Shown here in pieces: positions 19,225 to 27,992 of a stretch of DNA of 64,000 nucleotides. Origin of the DNA: Candidatus Eiseniibacteriota bacterium (GTDB lineage Bacteria; Eisenbacteria; RBG-16-71-46; JABDJR01); NCBI GenBank assembly GCA_963783375.1, contig CAWANH010000029.1, positions 384,001 through 448,000 on the forward strand. The letters run 5' to 3'. Position numbers and translations under genes: made by a program. The notes under the pieces are model-generated. The model searched no databases and was not told the origin of the DNA. It saw only the letters and a program-made list of their open reading frames with translations. How positions within the stretch are numbered: the stretch's first letter is position 1; the number at the start of each line of letters is the position of its first letter.

Positions 19225-22028
19225 CCTTCATCTCCAGGGCGACGGTATCCAGGCCCGCGCTGTTCGCGGCTCTCGGTCTCCTGATCGGGGGAGCGTGGCT
19301 CCCGTCTCCGGTCCGGGCCGACGACGCGGCGGACGCGCTGGTGGCGGAGTCGGGCGGGAAGTGGGCGGAGGCCGTCTCCCTCTGGCGCGGGGTGGTCCAG
19401 GGGGAAGCCGGGGCTCGCTCGCCCGAGACCCGTATGCACCTCCGCCGCTACCTGGGCGCCCTGGCCGCGGTGGGGGACTACGCGAAGCTCGACGTCGAGG
19501 CCCAGAACGCGCTCTCGCGCTTCCCCGGATGGGACGAGGCGGCCATCGCGCGGGCCCGGGCGCTCGAGGCGGTGGGACGGCCGGCCGACGGGGCCGAGCT
19601 CCTGAAGGATGCGGCCGCGGGTTCGTACCCCGCGGCGGTGGAGCGGGCGCGGCTTCTGGCGGTGACGGGAAAGCACGAGGCGGCGGAGTCGATCCTGAGC
19701 GACGTGGTCCATGCCTACTCGCCCTCGGAAGCCTACGATCCCCGCGAGCTCCTGGCCTTCGGCCGGGCGGCGGCGGCCCGGGGGGACTACCAGGGCGCGG
19801 CCCGGGTCATGCAGGTCGCCTACGAGGATTCCACCGACTACCTCGAGGCGCGGATCGCCCTCGCCACGCTGTTCCAGGAGAAGTACCAGGCCCGGCTCGC
19901 GGGGGACGAACTGGCGGCGGCGGGGAAGATCGCCCCGCGCCATCCCGACGTGCTCCTCTGCGCGGCCCGCTTGGCCGTCCTGAACCAGCAGCTTTCGCGG
20001 GCGGATGAAGGAGCGCGCCAGGTCCTGGCCATCCGGCCGGGTGACGCCGGGGCCTCGGCGGTTCTGGCCCGCATCCATCTCTGGGAGCTGAATCCCGAGG
20101 CGGCCATGGCCGCCCTCGAGGCTCCGCTCCAGGCGGATCCCACCGACCGGGAGCTCCGTTCCCTCGCCGCCGCGGCTTATTACCTCCAGGGGGACTCCAC
20201 CGCCTATCGCCGTGAAGTGAAGCGGGTCCTGGATCAGGACCCGGCCTACTACGACGTGTACATGGATCTGGGGGGCGCGCTGGAGGCCAACCGCCGGAAC
20301 TTCGAGGCGATCGGGATCTACCGGCGGGTGTTGGCTCTGGATCCCGGGAACCCCGCGGCCCTGATCGGCATCGGCCTTCTGTACATGCGGGAAGGGGACG
20401 AGACCTCCGCGCGGACCTACCTGGAGCAGGGGTTCGACGGGGATCCGTTCAACATCCGGGCCTACAACCAGCTCCAGCTCCTCGACAAGATGGACACCTT
20501 CGCGTCGGAACGGACCGCCCACTTCGACCTGCGGATCGACGACACGGACACCCTCCTGGCGCCGCTCCTCGAGAGTCGGCTGGATTCGATCTACGTCCAG
20601 CTCACCGGCCTCCACGGCTGGAAACCCCGGGTCCCCACGGTGGTGGAGGTCTTTCCCACCCACGAGTGGTTCAGTGCGCGGGTGACCGGTTTCCCCTGGG
20701 TGGAGGGGATCCCCGCGGTGTGCTTCGGGGACGTCATCGCCATGGACTCGCCGCGGACCCTGGCCGGCCACAGCAACTGGAACCAGATCCTCCGCCACGA
20801 GTTCGGCCACGTGCTCGCCCTGGGGATGACCGGCAAGAAGGTTCCCTTCTGGTTCACCGAAGGTCTCAGCGTCCATCTGGAGCAGTACCCGCGGGGCGAG
20901 GACTGGGACCAGAACCTGAGGGGGGCCTACGTGGACCGGGAGCTGGTGCCGGTCGACTCCCTCACCCTCGCCTTCACCCGCCCCAAGGCCTTCCGCCAGC
21001 GCCTTCTCGCCTATCACGAGGCCGGTCTCATCATCGACGACATCGTATCCACCAAGGGATGGGATTCGATACCGCGTCTCCTGAAGGCGTTCGGCGCGGG
21101 GAAGACGCTTGCCGAGGCGGTGAAGGACGTGCTCGGCGAGTCCTATGAGACGTTCTCCGCCCACGCCCTGGACGTGGTGCGGAAGGAGGCGGAATCCCTG
21201 GAGGTGTGGCCCGCCCCGAGCCGGGACCGCCTGGAGCGGCTGGAGGCGGAGGCCAAGGCGGGCCGGAGCGACCGGGAGCTCCTGGAGTCCCTGGCCCTGA
21301 CCCAACTCCAGCTCGGAAAGGACGACGACGCCGAAACGACGGCCAAGCAGCTGCTGGCCGCCGATCCCGGAAACGTGCGCGCCCTCGGAGTGCTCGGGTT
21401 GGCCGAGAAGGACCCCAAGCGGAAGAGCGATGCGCTCGCGCACCTGGAGGCGGCGGCGGCGGGGGACACCCGGGACGCACCGGTGTATCTCGCCCTGGCC
21501 TCCCTCCACCTGGCCGCCGGGGATACCGCCGCGGCGCTGGCCGACAACCAGAAGGCGCTGGACATCTATCCCCTGGCCCTGACCGCGCTCTCGGCCCGGG
21601 CCAAGCTCTTCGGGGCCCGGGGCGACACCGGGGCCGCGCGACAGGAATACGGGAAGCTCCTGTCCCGGACCGACCGGGCGGGGGACGGGGCGGTGGCCCT
21701 GGCCCGCCTGGAGCTGGCCGCGGACCGGCCCGAGGCGGCCTCGCGTGCCCTGGAGTACGCGGTGGACGTGGTTCCCCTGAACGCGGACGTGGAGGCGCTG
21801 CGCGGCCAGGCGTACCTTCTCCTGGGAGAGGACCGGAGGGCTTTCGATCTCTTCACCCGGGCCCGCAAGCTCGACATCCGCTCCGTGGAGTCCATGGTCG
21901 GCATGGCCCGCTACTACCTCAAACGGGGAGACTCCGAGGAGGCGGCCTATTTCGCCGAACTCGCGCTCAAGTACCAGCCCGATCACCCGGTGGCCAAACA
22001 GGTGCTGGCCAGCGCCCAGGCCTGGTAG
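19221..22028 (+). CDS. Exported TPR-repeat protein with central peptidase MA-like zincin domain
   Basis: GTGA-coupled; signal peptide; many TPRs; ILRHEFGHV followed by P.WF.EGL. Confidence 0.8.
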   Translation: MTFISRATVSRPALFAALGLLIGGAWLPSPVRADDAADALVAESGGKWAEAVSLWRGVVQGEAGARSPETRMHLRRYLGALAAVGDYAKLDVEAQNALSRFPGWDEAAIARARALEAVGRPADGAELLKDAAAGSYPAAVERARLLAVTGKHEAAESILSDVVHAYSPSEAYDPRELLAFGRAAAARGDYQGAARVMQVAYEDSTDYLEARIALATLFQEKYQARLAGDELAAAGKIAPRHPDVLLCAARLAVLNQQLSRADEGARQVLAIRPGDAGASAVLARIHLWELNPEAAMAALEAPLQADPTDRELRSLAAAAYYLQGDSTAYRREVKRVLDQDPAYYDVYMDLGGALEANRRNFEAIGIYRRVLALDPGNPAALIGIGLLYMREGDETSARTYLEQGFDGDPFNIRAYNQLQLLDKMDTFASERTAHFDLRIDDTDTLLAPLLESRLDSIYVQLTGLHGWKPRVPTVVEVFPTHEWFSARVTGFPWVEGIPAVCFGDVIAMDSPRTLAGHSNWNQILRHEFGHVLALGMTGKKVPFWFTEGLSVHLEQYPRGEDWDQNLRGAYVDRELVPVDSLTLAFTRPKAFRQRLLAYHEAGLIIDDIVSTKGWDSIPRLLKAFGAGKTLAEAVKDVLGESYETFSAHALDVVRKEAESLEVWPAPSRDRLERLEAEAKAGRSDRELLESLALTQLQLGKDDDAETTAKQLLAADPGNVRALGVLGLAEKDPKRKSDALAHLEAAAAGDTRDAPVYLALASLHLAAGDTAAALADNQKALDIYPLALTALSARAKLFGARGDTGAARQEYGKLLSRTDRAGDGAVALARLELAADRPEAASRALEYAVDVVPLNADVEALRGQAYLLLGEDRRAFDLFTRARKLDIRSVESMVGMARYYLKRGDSEEAAYFAELALKYQPDHPVAKQVLASAQAW

Positions 22029-22082
22029 GGCGGACGGAACGATCGAGGCGCGCCGGACGCCCGGGCCGGTGACCCGCCGGGG

Positions 22083-24551
22083 TCAGCCGGTGGGCGGGCC
22101 CGCCCAGGGAAAGTAACCGCGCGCGGCCTCGCTCAGCGCGGCCAGGCGATCCTGGACCTTGCGAAAGAGGGTCCCGTGGGGGAAGCGACCCTCGGCGTCC
22201 GACTCTCCGGCGGCCAGCCCGGTCAACAGCTCCACCCCGTCCTCCACCCGGGACACCGCGTACACGTGGAACTTCTGGTCCCGCACCGCCTGCACCACCT
22301 GGGGGCGGAGCATCAGGTGGGGGAGATTGTGGGTGGGGATGAGAACGCCCTGTTCCCCGGTGAGCCCGCGAGCCGCACACAGCTTGAAGAAACCCTCGAT
22401 CTTCTCGTTCACCCCGCCCACCGCCTGCACCTGGCCTTTCTGGTTCATGGATCCGGTGACCGCCAGGTCCTGCCGGAGACCGACCCCGGCGAGAGCGGAG
22501 AGCAGCGCGTAGATCTCGGCGGTGGTGGCGCTGTCGCCGTCCACCTCGTCGTAGGACTGCTCCAGGGTGATGCTGGCCGACAGGGCGAGGGGACGGTCGA
22601 CGGCGAAGGTCTCCTGGAGGAAACCGGACAGGATCAGGAGTCCCTTGTCGTGGTAGCGGCCGGAGAGGTTGGCCAGGCGCTCGATGTTCACGAGCCCGCT
22701 GGTCCCCGCAGCCACGCTGGCGGTGATGCGGGAGGGACGCCCAAAACGGTGGTCGCCGGTGTCGAGTACGGCCAGACCGTTGATCTGCCCCTGGGTCGTC
22801 CCCTCGGTCTCGATCAGGAGGACGTCCTCGCGGATCAGCCGCTGGGTCTTCTCCTCGGTGAGGTTCACCCGGGCGCGGCGCTCCTCGATGGCCCGATGGA
22901 CGTCTTCGGCGGTGATCCGCCCGCGGTGGCGCCGGCCGGCCCAGAAGGCGGCCTCGCGCACCAGGTCCGCCACCTGGGAGAAGCGGGTGGTGATCCGGCT
23001 CCGGTGTCCGGCCAGGCGCACCGCGTACTCCACCACCGCGGCCACGCCGTCGGAGGTGAAAGGGGGAAGCCCGTCCTCGTCGCAGATGCCGCGCACCATG
23101 CAGGCGTACTCGGTGATGGCCTGGGGTCCCAGCTCCATCTCGGTGTCGAACTCCGCCTTCACCTTGAACAGCTTGGGGAAGTCCGAGTCCACCGAGAGCA
23201 GGTCCTGGTATAGGTCGATGGTGCCGATCAGGATCACCTTCACGTCCACCGGCACCGGCTCGGGCCGAAGCGCCCGGAGCGCCGGGGCCGAAATCCCGTC
23301 CTCGGACTCGATCTGCACGCTCCCGGTGCGGAGCGCGCGCTTGATCACCCCCCAGCTCCGGCCCTCGCCGTCGAAGTCGTCGGCGTGGAGCACCAGGAAG
23401 CCGCCGTGGGCCTGGATCAACGAGCCGGCCTTGATGTGGGTGAAGTCCGAGATCAGCATGCCGTCCCGGCGCATCTCGCGATCCACCGTTCCGCGGAGGT
23501 TGGCCACGCTGGGGTTGTTCTCGTAGACCACCGGCCGGCCCTCGAGATCGGCGTTGTCGAGGATGAGGTTGACCCTGAGCTTCCGCAGGGTCTCCTCGGT
23601 CTGGCCGGCCTCGGACCGGCCTTCGACCGCGTCCTCACCGGCCTCCTCGTCCCCCTCCTCGGCGGTGTCCCGGAAGAGCGCCATCCGCGACTCCAGGTGG
23701 GTCTCCACCTCCCGCAGGTAGTCCACCACCCCGGAGATCTCCCCGAACTCGCGATAGACCCCGGAGAGCACCAGGTTCAGGTAGGGGCGGGCCATCTGAC
23801 GGTCGAGGTTCCTGAGGTCCACTTCCGCTTCCCGCGAGAGCCGGTTGGCTCCCTCGCTGAAGGTCTGGAGATCCACCGCCAGCCCGGCCCGGATCTGGAT
23901 CAGGCGCTCCATTTCCTCCCGGGGGAAACCCTCCTCCTCGACCTTGACCTCGAGATCCTCGAAGGCCACCGGCTCCCCATCCAACAGGGGCAGGAGGTCG
24001 GCTTCGGCATGGTCTCCCATCTCCAGCTCCACCAGCACCAGGCCCGCGGGTTCCGCCTTCTCCTTGAGCGGCGCGGCCAGATCCCGCATGCGCTGGGCGA
24101 AGCGCTTCATGCGGGCCTTGCGCCGCTTGGCGTAGACCTCGCTCTGGAAGATGCGGGGGATGCCGTCCCTGAGGCGCTGCACCGCGGTGATCATGGCGTC
24201 GCGGAAGGCGCGTCCCGTTGCGGCGGGCAACCGGATCAGCCGGGGCTTGTCGGGATCGCGGAAGTTGTTGACGTAGCAGAGATCATCGGCGGAGAAACGC
24301 GGATCGTCGAAGTGGTCGAGCAGGTGGCTCACGGTTTCCGAGCGATTGGTGCCGGGGTCGCCGGCCACGAATACGTTGTAGCCGTGGCCCCGGAGCGCGA
24401 GCCCCAGCTCCAGCGCGCGCACCGCCCGGTGCTGGCCGGGGGTGATGGTGGCGGCGGTCACTTCGTCGGTGGTTTCGAATCCGAGGTCGGCGGCGTCCAG
24501 GGACCAGCGCAACCGTTCGGGGGGGACGCGCAGGCGATCGACCGTGTTCAT
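22083..24551 (-). CDS. Lon-like protease (LonC/LonB-like: AAA-like domain plus S16 protease domain)
   Basis: GQ.RA..AL, HIKAGSL..AHGGFL, GQINGLAV, EQSY..VDGDSA (Ser), GGVNEKIEGF (Lys); AAGGAG RBS. Confidence 0.9.
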   Translation of the reverse strand: MNTVDRLRVPPERLRWSLDAADLGFETTDEVTAATITPGQHRAVRALELGLALRGHGYNVFVAGDPGTNRSETVSHLLDHFDDPRFSADDLCYVNNFRDPDKPRLIRLPAATGRAFRDAMITAVQRLRDGIPRIFQSEVYAKRRKARMKRFAQRMRDLAAPLKEKAEPAGLVLVELEMGDHAEADLLPLLDGEPVAFEDLEVKVEEEGFPREEMERLIQIRAGLAVDLQTFSEGANRLSREAEVDLRNLDRQMARPYLNLVLSGVYREFGEISGVVDYLREVETHLESRMALFRDTAEEGDEEAGEDAVEGRSEAGQTEETLRKLRVNLILDNADLEGRPVVYENNPSVANLRGTVDREMRRDGMLISDFTHIKAGSLIQAHGGFLVLHADDFDGEGRSWGVIKRALRTGSVQIESEDGISAPALRALRPEPVPVDVKVILIGTIDLYQDLLSVDSDFPKLFKVKAEFDTEMELGPQAITEYACMVRGICDEDGLPPFTSDGVAAVVEYAVRLAGHRSRITTRFSQVADLVREAAFWAGRRHRGRITAEDVHRAIEERRARVNLTEEKTQRLIREDVLLIETEGTTQGQINGLAVLDTGDHRFGRPSRITASVAAGTSGLVNIERLANLSGRYHDKGLLILSGFLQETFAVDRPLALSASITLEQSYDEVDGDSATTAEIYALLSALAGVGLRQDLAVTGSMNQKGQVQAVGGVNEKIEGFFKLCAARGLTGEQGVLIPTHNLPHLMLRPQVVQAVRDQKFHVYAVSRVEDGVELLTGLAAGESDAEGRFPHGTLFRKVQDRLAALSEAARGYFPWAGPPTG

Positions 24552-24742
24552 CCTTGCTCCTTCCGCACGCGCGCAACGCGGCGTCCGAGGCCGCGGCGCT
24601 TGGGTCCTGTGAACCGGCGCGTTCGCCGGGTTATAGTCCTGGGCGCCCGGCCGGAACCGCGAGAGCATAGCAGCCCGTCGGAAAACCGGCTCGGGCCCCG
24701 ACGGGCCGCGGGGGGCGGCCGGATCACCCGGGGAGGATCGAC

Positions 24743-24865
24743 ATGCCTTGGACGACGTTGGCGGTCGTTTTCGGTTCCTGGTTCCTTCTGCTCGGTCTCG
24801 TCCTCCTCTACTACTTCATTTGGAGTCGCGGGCGGGACTACGGCGATGGAGAGGACGGGAAGTGA
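24743..24865 (+). CDS. 40-aa single-pass membrane protein, putative small partner of the SSS transporter (absent from ORF track)
   Basis: GGGAGG RBS; MPWTTLAVVFGSWFLLLGLVLLYYFIWSRGRDYGDGEDGK; GTGA overlap with the symporter start. Confidence 0.7.
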   Translation: MPWTTLAVVFGSWFLLLGLVLLYYFIWSRGRDYGDGEDGK

Positions 24866-26322
24866 CCGCGGGGACCGAGTGGGCTCTCTTCCTCGGGTTC
24901 GGTCTCTACCTCGCGCTCATGCTGGTGGTGGGAGCGGTGACGGTGCGCTACATGCGCTCCCTCGACGACTTCGTGCTGGGAGGGCGGCGGCTGGGTCCGT
25001 GGGTGGCCGCGATCAGCGAGCGGGCGAGCGGGGAGAGCGCGTGGTTCCTGCTCGGGCTACCCGGGGCCACCTACGCCCTGGGGTTCTCGGAGTTCTGGTC
25101 GGTGATCGGCATCGGGTTCGGGATTCTCTGCTCCTGGTCCTTCATCGCCGTGGGTCTGCGGGGAGCCACCGGCCGGGCCGGCGCGCTCACCATCCCGGAC
25201 TTCCTGGCCGCCCGGTTTCCCGGGCGGGGCGCCGCGATCCGTGCCCTGGCCACGGTGATCATCCTCTTCTTCTACACCACCTACCTGGGAGCCCAGTTCG
25301 TGGGGGCGGGAAAGATCCTGAACGCCACCTTCGGCATGTCCTACGCCTGGGGGATGGTGCTGGGGGCGGTGGTGGTCCTGGCCTACACCATCATGGGCGG
25401 GTTCCTGGCCGTGGCCTGGACCGACCTCTTCCAGGGCCTGCTCATGGCCGCGGTGGCGGTGCTCCTCCCCGTCCTCGCCTTCGCCCGCCTGGGGGGATGG
25501 GACGGGTTCGTTTCCTCCCTGGCCGTGCGCGGTCCCGACTTCCTGGCCATCGACGCCGGGAAAACCGGTCACGCGTTCGTCTTCGGGGTCGTGGTGGGCG
25601 GGCTCTCCTGGGGCTTCGGCTATTTCGGGCAGCCCCATCTCCTCACCCGCTACATGGCCATCCGCAAGCCCCGCGATCTCCGGCACGGGACCCTGATCGC
25701 CATGTCCTGGGTGCTGGTCGCCTACTGGGGGGCGGCGTTCATCGGGCTCATGGGGGTGGGGATCCTGGGGCCGGACCTCGCCGACCCCGAGCAGGTCATG
25801 CCGCTTCTGGCCCGGGCCCTGGTCCCCCCCTGGATTGCCGGCATGCTCATCTCGGGGGCGGTCGCGGCCATGATGTCCACCGCGGACAGCCAGCTTCTGG
25901 TGGCGACCTCGAGCCTGACCGAGGACGTCTACGTCAAGATGATCCGGCGGGGGCGACCTCCCGACCGGCCGGAGTTCCTGGTGTTCCTGGGGCGGGCGGC
26001 CACCCTCATCATCACCGCCGTGGCCCTCGTTCTGGCCTTCACCAACCGGGAGCTCATCTTCGACATGGTGGCCTACGCCTGGTCGGGCCTGGGCTCCTCC
26101 TTCGGCCCGGTGATCCTGCTCGCCCTGTGGTGGAAACGCATGACCCGGGGGGGGGCGCTGGGGGGCATGATCGTGGGCATGGTGAGTACCGTACTGTGGC
26201 AACAAAGCGTTACCCTTCAGGGGATCCTCGACATCAAGGCCGCCTCGTTCCTGCTTTCGATGGCGGCGGTGGTGGTGTTGAGCCTTTCGGGCGTGGGGGC
26301 CCGGGTGAGGAAGTCGTCATGA
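24862..26322 (+). CDS. putP: Sodium:solute symporter, PutP-like
   Basis: DFVLGGRRLGPWV.A.S..AS.ES.W..LGLPG, GGFLAV.WTD..QG, WG.GYFGQPH...RYMA, AA.MSTADSQLL, AW.GLG..FGP. Confidence 0.88.
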   Translation: MTAGTEWALFLGFGLYLALMLVVGAVTVRYMRSLDDFVLGGRRLGPWVAAISERASGESAWFLLGLPGATYALGFSEFWSVIGIGFGILCSWSFIAVGLRGATGRAGALTIPDFLAARFPGRGAAIRALATVIILFFYTTYLGAQFVGAGKILNATFGMSYAWGMVLGAVVVLAYTIMGGFLAVAWTDLFQGLLMAAVAVLLPVLAFARLGGWDGFVSSLAVRGPDFLAIDAGKTGHAFVFGVVVGGLSWGFGYFGQPHLLTRYMAIRKPRDLRHGTLIAMSWVLVAYWGAAFIGLMGVGILGPDLADPEQVMPLLARALVPPWIAGMLISGAVAAMMSTADSQLLVATSSLTEDVYVKMIRRGRPPDRPEFLVFLGRAATLIITAVALVLAFTNRELIFDMVAYAWSGLGSSFGPVILLALWWKRMTRGGALGGMIVGMVSTVLWQQSVTLQGILDIKAASFLLSMAAVVVLSLSGVGARVRKSS

Positions 26323-27206
26323 ATCTCTTCTCGCGAATCGGCGCCTACCTGAGCGGAGGACCCGCCGACGAATCGGTGCTCCGCTACGCCGGCGAGCTGG
26401 CGCGGCTGGGCGGAAGCGAACACATCTTCGTCACCGGGATCTCCGAGGAAGCCCCCCGGCAGGGGAGCTGGCAGAGCTTCGACGCCCGGGTCCGGGAGGT
26501 GCTGGCCCGGGAGGCCGACGGCGCCGGCGCGGACATCGCCGCGGTGGACGAGCGGGAGGAGCCCGACCTCGACGACATCCTGCGCTCCACCCGGGAGCAC
26601 GAGCTGGATCTCCTCATCATGGGCCGGAGGATCCCTTCCCATCAGCTCGCGCGGGCCACCCTGTTTCCCAAGCTCCTCCGCAAGTGCCCGTGCAGCGTGC
26701 TCCTGGTGACCCGGCACGGCCGCCCCGACTTCCGGAAGACGCTGGTCCCCACCGATTTCTCCGAACACTCGCGGATGGCGGTGGCCGCCGCCCTGGCCCT
26801 GACCGAGGCGTCGGCGCCGGGGAAGGGGGAGGTGCTGTGCCACCACATCTTCGAGGTTCCCTACGGGTTCGCCTACGCAGGGGTGAGCCGGGAGGAGTAC
26901 GCGGAGGAACAGCGGAAACACGCCGAGGAGGAGTTCGCCCGGTTTCTGGCCGCGGAGAAGTTCGAGGCCGCACGGGTTCGCTGCGAGTACACCCCGGCCG
27001 AGCACGTCCCTCTGGCGGTGAGCGAGATGGCCCTGGCCGAACGGGTGGACCTGGTGGCGGTGGGGAGCCGGGGCCGGACCACGGCCGGCGCCCTGTTTCT
27101 GGGAAGCACGGCGGAGAAACTGGTCGGGGTGTGCGCGGCGGCGCTCCTGGTGGTGAAGGAGAAGGGGGAGACCGTGGGTCTCCTCAAGGCGATCTTCTCC
27201 CGCTGA
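26319..27206 (+). CDS. Tandem-domain universal stress protein
   Basis: DLLIMG, CPCSVLLV, LVPTDFSEHS, DLVAVGSRGR...FLGSTAEKLV; ATGA-coupled. Confidence 0.88.
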   Translation: MNLFSRIGAYLSGGPADESVLRYAGELARLGGSEHIFVTGISEEAPRQGSWQSFDARVREVLAREADGAGADIAAVDEREEPDLDDILRSTREHELDLLIMGRRIPSHQLARATLFPKLLRKCPCSVLLVTRHGRPDFRKTLVPTDFSEHSRMAVAAALALTEASAPGKGEVLCHHIFEVPYGFAYAGVSREEYAEEQRKHAEEEFARFLAAEKFEAARVRCEYTPAEHVPLAVSEMALAERVDLVAVGSRGRTTAGALFLGSTAEKLVGVCAAALLVVKEKGETVGLLKAIFSR

Positions 27207-27232
27207 GGGGAGGCGGACGATGGGAAGGTAGG

Positions 27233-27319
27233 TGGTGCCGGAGGCCGGACTCGAACCGGCATGTCCTTGCGAACGGGGGATTTTGAGTCCCCTGCGTCTG
27301 CCAATTTCGCCACTCCGGC
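27233..27319 (-). tRNA. tRNA-Leu(CAA)
   Basis: GCCGGAG acceptor stem, GGGGA-CTCAAAA-TCCCC anticodon arm, long variable arm, GGTTCGAGTCC T-loop, encoded CCA. Confidence 0.97.
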
Positions 27320-27370
27320 GCCGGGTCGGCTCGCACCCGGGAGGAAATCACGTGGGCCCGGGGGGACCGA

Positions 27371-27399
27371 ATTGTCGAGGTCGGCGCCCGGGTTGTCAA
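27371..27399 (-). promoter_or_regulatory. sigma70-type promoter TTGACA-17-GACAAT for tRNA-Leu
   Basis: Hexamers with a 17-nt spacer about 50 nt upstream of the tRNA. Confidence 0.65.
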
Positions 27400-27436
27400 C
27401 ACGTCCGGACCGGGCGTGGCGATCCGGCGGGCACTC

Positions 27437-27452
27437 CGGCACGCCCCTTGCT
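27437..27452 (+). promoter_or_regulatory. Putative sigma54 (-24/-12) promoter CGGCACG-N4-TTGCT
   Basis: One mismatch to TGGCACG-N4-TTGCW, exact GG/GC spacing, intergenic position. Confidence 0.6.
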
Positions 27453-27520
27453 GTTGAATGGCCCGAGGCCCCGCGGGTCCCGACATGGGGTCGGGCCCAG
27501 GGTGCGGGTCGACATTGCCT

Positions 27521-27679
27521 ATGCCAGTGATTCCCGCCGACTACACTGAACTGGACGCTTCCGACGACCCGGGGTCAATCGTCGACCCCGCATGGACATC
27601 CGAAGCCGGGGCGGAGCCCCCGCGAGAGGATCCCGTCCTGCTCGCCCTCGACGGGATCTCGGTCTGGCTGGTGGACTGA
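27521..27679 (+). CDS. Possible 52-aa acidic small protein
   Basis: MPVIPADYTELDASDD...LALDGISVWLVD downstream of the sigma54-type motif; weak RBS, moderate codon bias. Confidence 0.35.
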   Translation: MPVIPADYTELDASDDPGSIVDPAWTSEAGAEPPREDPVLLALDGISVWLVD

Positions 27680-27942
27680 GCCTGCCGATTGGAGAAATCG
27701 GATACCGAGGTACCGGGGAGCGTGGTGCCGGTCCCGGTAACCTTGGTTCCGTCTTGCCGGCCTGGAAGGCCCTTTCCCGGTTCCGGTGGAGTACTCCCAG
27801 GATTCGAGCATTCGCGCCACGTTCGACCGATCAACCACGGCGACTACGAAGAATCTTTCAAGTCCCGGCTGACCCGTCCGGCGGCCGTTCGGCTCGCTCG
27901 ATCGCCCGTTCGTTCCCCCTCCGATGTCGAACCCCAAGATGA

Positions 27943-27964
27943 AGGGTGGCCCGAAGGCCACCCT
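27943..27964. terminator. Stable hairpin (9-bp stem, UUCG loop on the minus strand), probable terminator for the aldolase gene
   Basis: AGGGTGGCC-CGAA-GGCCACCCT about 30 nt past the aldolase stop; weak U-tract. Confidence 0.55.
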
Positions 27965-27992
27965 CACTAGATGATCCACGGGAAACGGCGGG

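Noticed and set aside
18873-21986. Very long antisense or alternate-frame ORFs (e.g. 18873-21986, 47526-50468, 50216-53698, 29067-31493)
   Set aside because: Shadow ORFs expected from high GC3 codon bias opposite real genes; no protein motifs.
23385-27206. Apparent 1273-aa ORF and other long N-terminal extensions (13933-16686, 49229-53023, 37510-39609, 8675-11437)
   Set aside because: Only the C-terminal parts are real genes, with their own RBS or coupled starts; the extensions overlap other genes.
27200-27360. tRNA-Leu and tRNA-Ala as possible integration sites
   Set aside because: No integrase, no duplicated tRNA 3' end and no compositional island seen.
27677-27970. Possible second Sec read-through: TGA at 27677-27679 followed in frame by A-C and a hairpin (27685-27701) with a GGAGA loop
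   Set aside because: The loop is only 11 nt from the UGA, the downstream frame has poor codon bias and no recognisable domain, and there is no family support. It remains a cheap check.
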